Shown one piece after another: positions 57,930-64,000 of a DNA stretch of 64,000 nt. The notes under the pieces are model-generated. The model was given only the letters and a program-made list of their open reading frames with translations. It searched no databases and was not told where the DNA came from. The DNA is from Candidatus Poseidoniaceae archaeon. Its GTDB lineage: Archaea; Thermoplasmatota; Poseidoniia; Poseidoniales; Poseidoniaceae. How positions within the stretch are numbered: position 1 is the stretch's first letter; each line of letters begins with the position of its first letter. Position numbers and translations under genes: made by a program. The stretch lies in the NCBI GenBank assembly GCA_965662895.1, contig CBFIJH010000002.1:96001-160000 (forward strand). Reading direction: 5' to 3'.

Positions 57930-60167
57930 CTAGTACGCGTCGTAATAGGCATAATCCGGGTATTCAATGTCAAAGGTTACAACATCGGTCAATTCCATAC
58001 TTGTTAGGTTGTGAACGGTGACGCCTGCTCCAGAGAAAGCATAGATGAAGTCACCCATGAAGATGGTCCGTCGAATGTTTTCGTTCCCGCCCCACCAATG
58101 GTTGACATCTTCATGATTGAGGAGAGAAGAATGATTCACTTCACCATGAACGGACATGCTTCCAGTTGCTTCATCGACATTGACAATGATAGCCTTTGAA
58201 ACGTATTCATAGTTCCACAGATAACCCCAATCTTCGTTGTAGGTCTCAACATATCGATAGGTTGAGAGTGGAACAGCGAGCATTTCCTTTGGCCCCCAAT
58301 ACTGGAACGCCTTGTGCTCGTACATTGCCTCTGAATAGGACCATGTCCACTGACCATTATCCGGATCGTTCACAGGCGAGAGCATCAGTGTATCAGCCAC
58401 AGCTGGTTGTGTTAAATCGCTAATATTGAACGTTGAAAGCCGCGTACTCGACCAATCCAAACCCAATCCATCTTCTCCAGCAGGCCCCATACCAATGGTG
58501 AGGAGCATATCATCGTGAAGTGGATGAATGTAGGTTGAAACGCCTGGGACTTCCAATTCACCAAGGATTGTCGGTGTTGCTGGATCCGATAAATCGATGG
58601 TCCAAAGTGGGTCAATTTGCTCGAATGTAACAAGGTAAGCCCGATCTTCGACAAATCGTGCTGACCAGATACGTTCACCTTCTGCAATACCATCAATACG
58701 ACCGTATTCAAGCAGAATTTGTTGATCGGTTTGTGGATCGACACCGCGGACGAGTGTAATGATTGAAGATGACATCGGTTCTGGATTTTCCATCCACCAC
58801 CGATTCCATTGACCAACGGTCGTCGCAACACGAAGAACTCCTTCGTATTCTGAAATACTGAATTGATTCAAAATCTGACCATCAATCCGTCCCGATCCCG
58901 TATACATCGTAACCCCAGGTACGGAGATGTCGAAGGTGTGAATGTTGGTCATCTCGTCAACATCATCTTGACCCCAGAACCACCACCAATCCCATGCGTT
59001 TTCAGCGAGAACCAGTACATCCGTTGAAGCGTAAACAAGTGGATGGTTGCTGAGGAGGTGGTCGGACTCGTAATCGAAGTCAGAAGAAAACAAATCGAGG
59101 GAGAGAATGTTGGTAAATCCACGACTAAAGCCATCCATAGGTTTTGCAAAGTTCTCACATTCCTCAGAACGCATATCGTGCTCAATGATTTGACCATCAA
59201 TCCGTTGGTAGATTTTTGGCACAAGCTCCTCTAAGGTTATGGCTTCAAGAACTTCATCGTTTGCTTGAATTGTCTCGTAGGCAATCATTTCACGGTAGGT
59301 CCGCCGTTGGGGATCGTCCCACTTCAGATCATAGTAGGGGCTCGGCATGTTGAGCCAACTCACCAAGCCTGGAATGTTCAACCATGAGTGGGTGACGGCC
59401 CGAATGGAACCATCAATCTCTCTTGCATCCACGTTGTACCCTTCCAGGTAGAGTTCTTGGACAACCTCTGGATTTGATCTGTCTGATATGTTGTATGTGG
59501 TGTATTTGGTCAATGAATTAACGCGCCACTCGCTGTAATCTCCTCCCCAACGCAGATATTCGTAAAGAGCATCATCAGCGTCGATGCTCCATGGGTTATA
59601 ACTTGAGAGAACAATCAATCGATCTCCTCGCAACATCATGGAAATTGGCGAACCTTCAATGGAAGAGTTGCTAGCGAATTCAATTTCACCGTATTCTGGA
59701 ACGCCCATAATCGAGAGTGATGACCCCTGCAAGGCGTAAATAAAGTACCCATCCGTCTTGATGAAATCCGCTTCATCAACACCTTGCTCTTGGTTGTTGG
59801 TACCACTGAAATCTTCGCCTTGAGTTCGCGTTTGCGGTTGAGTGGAACTTGTTGCAGCATCACCATCCATTGCAGCTTCTGCAACCATCCCATCATCGAA
59901 CATTATCCCTCCGTAGTAGTACTGTTCTTCGACAGCCTGCAACAACTCCGTTCGATACTCTTCGGCAATACTTGCCTTGAGATCGTATTCCATGTCCAAA
60001 CACGAATCGAACTGAACCAGGTGTGGTTGTGAAATGGTCCGACTTGTTTCGGTTCTCCAATCATCCGGCAATTCGGTGGTGATAATTTCATCACGTACAC
60101 TACCAATACAACCAGCTGTGAGCATCAAAAGTACAAGCCCGATGGAAGTAACCATCCTTTTGTTCAT
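57930..60167 (-). CDS. Secreted beta-propeller domain lipoprotein
   Basis: AGC lipobox, TNNQEQGVDEADFIKTDG, LNQFSISEY, RVATT, VTFEQIDPL, PGVSTYIHP. Confidence 0.88.
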   Translation of the reverse strand: MNKRMVTSIGLVLLMLTAGCIGSVRDEIITTELPDDWRTETSRTISQPHLVQFDSCLDMEYDLKASIAEEYRTELLQAVEEQYYYGGIMFDDGMVAEAAMDGDAATSSTQPQTRTQGEDFSGTNNQEQGVDEADFIKTDGYFIYALQGSSLSIMGVPEYGEIEFASNSSIEGSPISMMLRGDRLIVLSSYNPWSIDADDALYEYLRWGGDYSEWRVNSLTKYTTYNISDRSNPEVVQELYLEGYNVDAREIDGSIRAVTHSWLNIPGLVSWLNMPSPYYDLKWDDPQRRTYREMIAYETIQANDEVLEAITLEELVPKIYQRIDGQIIEHDMRSEECENFAKPMDGFSRGFTNILSLDLFSSDFDYESDHLLSNHPLVYASTDVLVLAENAWDWWWFWGQDDVDEMTNIHTFDISVPGVTMYTGSGRIDGQILNQFSISEYEGVLRVATTVGQWNRWWMENPEPMSSSIITLVRGVDPQTDQQILLEYGRIDGIAEGERIWSARFVEDRAYLVTFEQIDPLWTIDLSDPATPTILGELEVPGVSTYIHPLHDDMLLTIGMGPAGEDGLGLDWSSTRLSTFNISDLTQPAVADTLMLSPVNDPDNGQWTWSYSEAMYEHKAFQYWGPKEMLAVPLSTYRYVETYNEDWGYLWNYEYVSKAIIVNVDEATGSMSVHGEVNHSSLLNHEDVNHWWGGNENIRRTIFMGDFIYAFSGAGVTVHNLTSMELTDVVTFDIEYPDYAYYDAY

Positions 60168-60220
60168 GTGCGTATGAGGGGAGAGTGCATTATGAAGAAG
60201 TTGGTAAATTGATTTGACTT

Positions 60221-61033
60221 TCAAGCAATAACTTGCAATGCTTGAATGCCATCGCGTGATATTTTCCATGGTGCTTTTTTTGAAGAACCTATCCTTTCTA
60301 TGAGCCCTTTGTTGCTGAGTACTCGGAGGTGATGAGATAACAACTGCCGCGAGATCTTTAATTTTGTTCGGATTACTTTCCCGTCGAGTCCAAGATTACC
60401 GGATTGAGCCAAAACCTGTAAAATCGCTAATCGTGTTCCGGCTAATGGGCTTTTAATTGAATCAATATCATTTGGATGAATTGTCGAAACCGCAAATCGA
60501 CGTAATTTTCCATCCCGCCATGAAATTATCGAACCTTCCTTTTCGAGTATTTGTAAATGATAAGATGTTACACCATTTGCGAGACCCAACCCGTCTCGGA
60601 GTGCTGTAAAGTGGATTCCTGCGTTTGCTTCGATAAAGCCAAGAACTCGTCCCCGGTTTCGTTCGTTATCGTGCTTTTTCCGAACAATCAACGGCGTCAA
60701 AAAAGCGACTATACACAGAACACGGACGAATTCAAAGAAGAGTGAGCCTACCAGAAGAAAAGAAAGTACGCCGCCACCAATCAATATCATGATCGGGCCG
60801 TAATTTTCATGCCTCTCCACTGGAGTTTCCTCCCTATCAGGAGAGAAATCTGCTCTTGCGGGAGCACCATCACTTTCAGTAGCACTTTCTTCATTGATTG
60901 TACCTGTGGCTGGCTCATCCAAGTTGTCGTGAGGAGATGTCTCTTCGCCGTTGTAATTGATGATAGAAATTCCAGTAATTATTGAGACAAAGCACAGGAA
61001 AACGAGAAGCCGAAGAAAAACCACCCCTCGCAT
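60221..61033 (-). CDS. Membrane-anchored double winged-HTH regulator
   Basis: TM segments, then GIHFTAL...YHLQILE and a second HTH LSHHLRVL. Confidence 0.82.
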   Translation of the reverse strand: MRGVVFLRLLVFLCFVSIITGISIINYNGEETSPHDNLDEPATGTINEESATESDGAPARADFSPDREETPVERHENYGPIMILIGGGVLSFLLVGSLFFEFVRVLCIVAFLTPLIVRKKHDNERNRGRVLGFIEANAGIHFTALRDGLGLANGVTSYHLQILEKEGSIISWRDGKLRRFAVSTIHPNDIDSIKSPLAGTRLAILQVLAQSGNLGLDGKVIRTKLKISRQLLSHHLRVLSNKGLIERIGSSKKAPWKISRDGIQALQVIA

Positions 61034-61130
61034 ACCCTCCTTTTTTCGACGAATGCATATCAAATCCGTGGTAAAATGATTTGACAATTGCTCAAACAGC
61101 ATTATGTGCTGAGGTTGAGTAGCACCAATT

Positions 61131-61709
61131 ATGCCAGAAAACGTTGAAATCGAACGACGTTTTCTTGTCGACGGTCGATTCCATCGCCCTTGGATTGATA
61201 CTTCGCATCAATGCATCGAGATTCAACAATGGTATCTGAATAAAACCGGCTTGGAGGTATCAATTGACCAAGGTACAGTAGGATACGAAGGCAACCTTCT
61301 CGTATCCAACGTGTCCGAGCAAATCTGTCGACAATTATCCGAACAACCGGAATGGACCATTCGCATACGCAAATCACATTCAGCGTACTTGCTCACACTC
61401 AAGGGGTCAAGGAAAGGCGCGGCAGCTGCAGAATTTGAATGGGGAATTGAACAAAAGAAGGCTCAATCGATTATCCAACGTTCGACGTTTCCCTACGTTG
61501 AAAAGAAACGATATCTTTGGCGAAATACAGATGGATTTGAGTGGGAAATAGATGAGTTTGAGGGCAATCTAGCCGGTTTGATTATTGCAGAGGTTGAACT
61601 TGAGGAAGAAGAGGCTGAAGTCCAAATCCCAACGTGGACAGGGATGGAATTGACCTATTTGCGCGGTTGGTCGAATGCATCCCTAGCACGAATGCTCACT
61701 CAGCAATAA
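61131..61709 (+). CDS. CYTH domain protein
   Basis: EIERRFLV, IRIR, LTLKG, WEIDEF, AEVE. Confidence 0.92.
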   Translation: MPENVEIERRFLVDGRFHRPWIDTSHQCIEIQQWYLNKTGLEVSIDQGTVGYEGNLLVSNVSEQICRQLSEQPEWTIRIRKSHSAYLLTLKGSRKGAAAAEFEWGIEQKKAQSIIQRSTFPYVEKKRYLWRNTDGFEWEIDEFEGNLAGLIIAEVELEEEEAEVQIPTWTGMELTYLRGWSNASLARMLTQQ

Positions 61710-62800
61710 GTTTCCAAAGCATGAACAATCCGTTCAATTTCAGACTCGATTAAACCGTGATGTACCGGAATCGAGACAAGTTGATTCGAAAGGATTTCGG
61801 TGACTGAGAAGTGTTCGTTTGCTTGAGCATGATCAGCATAAACGGGATGTTGGTGGCAAGGGACAGGATAGATTTGTCGAGCATCTATCCCAAATTTCTC
61901 CATGTGTTGGATGAGTGAATGAATGTCTTCGGTTTGTATGCAGTATTGATGCCAAGCGTGCTTGGAAAATGGGCGGATTGCAGGCGATTTTAATTTCGGA
62001 TTTGATTCGAGGATCGCCGTAAACCGAGAAGCAATTGAACGTCGTTTCGCTAACCAGCCATCAAGATGTTTGAGTTGTATGCGACCAATGGCTGCAAATA
62101 CCTCAGACATCCGCATGTTTGTTCCAACTTCTTGAGATTGGAGCGAACCATCCCGGCCATGGTTCACAATGGCGTTGATCCTCGCTCCAATTTCCGCATG
62201 TGCGGAGGTAATCATTCCGCCTTCTCCTCCAACCGCAACATTTTTTGATGGGAAAAATGAGAAGCATGACACTGTTCCGAGTGAACCAGCAATCCTCTTC
62301 TCATCATTCACAAGGATGGACGCACCGTGTGCTTGGGCAGCATCCTCAATCACTGCAATACCGTGTTTTTCACAAAGATCGAGAAGTAAGGTATCGTAAC
62401 ATTGTCCAAAGAGATGAACACCAATGACTGCTTTTGTTTTAGAGGTCAACCTTCTTTCAACATCTTCAACATCAAGACACCAATACTCTGGTTCAACTTC
62501 AGCAAAAATGGGGGTTGCTCCCGTCATGGAAACCGATGTTGCCGTGGCGATAAAAGTTAGAGAAGGCACAATAACCTCGTCACCAGGCCCTACGTCAAGA
62601 AGTCGCAAAGCTGCAATCAACGCACCGGATCCACTGTTGCACGGTGAGGCATATTTGACTCCACAATAGTTTGCAAATTCTTCAGAGAAGGCCTTGCCTT
62701 GCGGCCCTTTGACCCAACGGCCAGAATCCAGTGTATTGATTGCGACCTCTCGCATCTCTTCCGTCCACGTTGGGCGAGCAAGTGGAATACGTTCAGGCAT
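61700..62800 (-). CDS. DegT/DnrJ/EryC1/StrS aminotransferase
   Basis: TFIAT, EDAAQAHG, SFFPSKN, GEGG. Confidence 0.95.
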   Translation of the reverse strand: MPERIPLARPTWTEEMREVAINTLDSGRWVKGPQGKAFSEEFANYCGVKYASPCNSGSGALIAALRLLDVGPGDEVIVPSLTFIATATSVSMTGATPIFAEVEPEYWCLDVEDVERRLTSKTKAVIGVHLFGQCYDTLLLDLCEKHGIAVIEDAAQAHGASILVNDEKRIAGSLGTVSCFSFFPSKNVAVGGEGGMITSAHAEIGARINAIVNHGRDGSLQSQEVGTNMRMSEVFAAIGRIQLKHLDGWLAKRRSIASRFTAILESNPKLKSPAIRPFSKHAWHQYCIQTEDIHSLIQHMEKFGIDARQIYPVPCHQHPVYADHAQANEHFSVTEILSNQLVSIPVHHGLIESEIERIVHALETYC

Positions 62801-62890
62801 GATTCGGCGAACGATTCAACCTTCAAGAGCATGCGCTTTGACCCACTTGCGCGACGCACAATTCAAGACCTCAACGGCATTTGGTCTGCT

Positions 62891-64000
62891 ATGGTGTCCG
62901 ATGAAGAGCAACCCTCTCCATCAGAACTGGCTTCTTTGGTGAACGATATTCTCGAGCCACCAAGCCCAGCAGAATCCAAGGAGAAATTCAAACCCAAGGG
63001 CATGTTTTTGGGCGAGCGAAGAGACTCTGGAACGCCAATCGATATTCCTCCACAGGTCCTTGCACGCCATGCAGCAATGTTGGGCTCAACAGGTTCGGGA
63101 AAAACTGTTATGGCAAAGGCGTTGATTGAAGAAGCAGCCCTTGCGGGAATTCCCGCATTGATCATCGACCCCCAAGGTGATCTCGCACGACTTGCCCTTG
63201 GAATCGATGAAACCGAACTGCTTGAAAAGAACGGGGACATCGACCGGAAGCGAAACTTGCTTGAAAATTCTGAGGTCCGAATTTGGACTCCCCTTCGGAG
63301 CAAAGGCCTCCCCTTGTGCATTGATCCATTTCGAGCTCCACCAGCAGATCTAGACCCAGAAGAAGCAATTACTGCATGGGATATGGTTGCAGCAGGATTC
63401 ACAAGTTTGGCTGGTTACGATGTTGAAAAAGCGCAAGGCAAGGTTGTGAAACCTTTCCTTTACGAAATTCTCGTTGAAGGTACACGATGCGGCCTCGACG
63501 TTGGTGATTTTCAATCACTTGCCCGAGTCGTTCGTGAGCCACATCAAGAATTTACACGATACCTCTATCCACATTGTTTCGTTGAGGACGATGAAGGCGA
63601 GAAGCTAGACGCTCCGACATGGGACGAGGTCATGTTTGAACATCGCCTCACAAATTTTGAAGAACGGTTGCCGAAAACCACGCGCAACGACTTGGCACGC
63701 CGTCTTGCAGCATTTTCGAGCGGCGTCAACCAACTTTTGTTTTCAAACGGTGTACCCATTGACATCGATTCGTTTGTTGAGCCCGCCATTCCTGGGAAAA
63801 CGCCTCTCAATATTGTTTATTTGAATACCATACAGGATGAAGCACAAAAGCAATATTTTGTTCAAGAGCTTTCTCGAGAATTGTACGATTGGATGTTGAC
63901 ACAACAACCAGCAGAAGGGGAACTCAAACTCCTGTTCTTTATGGATGAAGTCGCACCATACCTCCCCCCACATCCACGAAATCCTCCGGCAAAAGATCTG
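62891..64000 (+). CDS. HerA/FtsK-like (DUF87) ATPase (runs off the window end)
   Basis: Manual translation: RHAAMLGSTGSGKT, IIDPQGD, and Walker B LFFMDEV near the end. Confidence 0.88.
   Translation, partial: MVSDEEQPSPSELASLVNDILEPPSPAESKEKFKPKGMFLGERRDSGTPIDIPPQVLARHAAMLGSTGSGKTVMAKALIEEAALAGIPALIIDPQGDLARLALGIDETELLEKNGDIDRKRNLLENSEVRIWTPLRSKGLPLCIDPFRAPPADLDPEEAITAWDMVAAGFTSLAGYDVEKAQGKVVKPFLYEILVEGTRCGLDVGDFQSLARVVREPHQEFTRYLYPHCFVEDDEGEKLDAPTWDEVMFEHRLTNFEERLPKTTRNDLARRLAAFSSGVNQLLFSNGVPIDIDSFVEPAIPGKTPLNIVYLNTIQDEAQKQYFVQELSRELYDWMLTQQPAEGELKLLFFMDEVAPYLPPHPRNPPAKDL

Noticed and set aside
62891-64000. HerA-based anti-phage defence system
   Set aside because: The gene is truncated by the window and no nuclease or SIR2 partner is visible; cannot be supported.
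1-64000. CRISPR arrays, tRNA/rRNA genes, IS elements, provirus
   Set aside because: None recognised by eye; intergenic gaps are short and lack spaced direct repeats or cloverleaf motifs. A tRNAscan/Infernal run would confirm.

Overview
Gene-dense archaeal chromosome segment, most likely Marine Group II Euryarchaeota (Ca. Poseidoniales). This is inferred from archaeal markers (L18Ae-prefoldin-ftsY, GGGP synthase, archaeal DnaG, thermosome, beta-CASP RNase), a DTK-motif proteorhodopsin and several secreted peptidases. About 58 CDSs cover purine/pyrimidine synthesis, uvrA, Mo/W cofactor genes, peptidases and hypothetical proteins. I saw no rRNA, tRNA, CRISPR array or transposase. Highlights: (1) a candidate replication origin at 30318-30499, with two inverted ORB boxes around an AT-rich tract and no adjacent orc1/cdc6; (2) a MamK-like actin followed by a long acidic coiled-coil protein about 18 kb from that origin, a possible cytoskeletal or segregation module; (3) an unknown, translationally coupled two-gene operon (acidic 2-TM protein plus a 679-aa protein with high-expression codon bias); (4) a pore-only remnant of a bacterial-type voltage-gated Na+ channel; (5) a recurrent non-canonical TT(C/G)A(A/T) promoter box; (6) a structured dnaG leader. 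All family assignments come from motif recognition by eye; no database searches were run.
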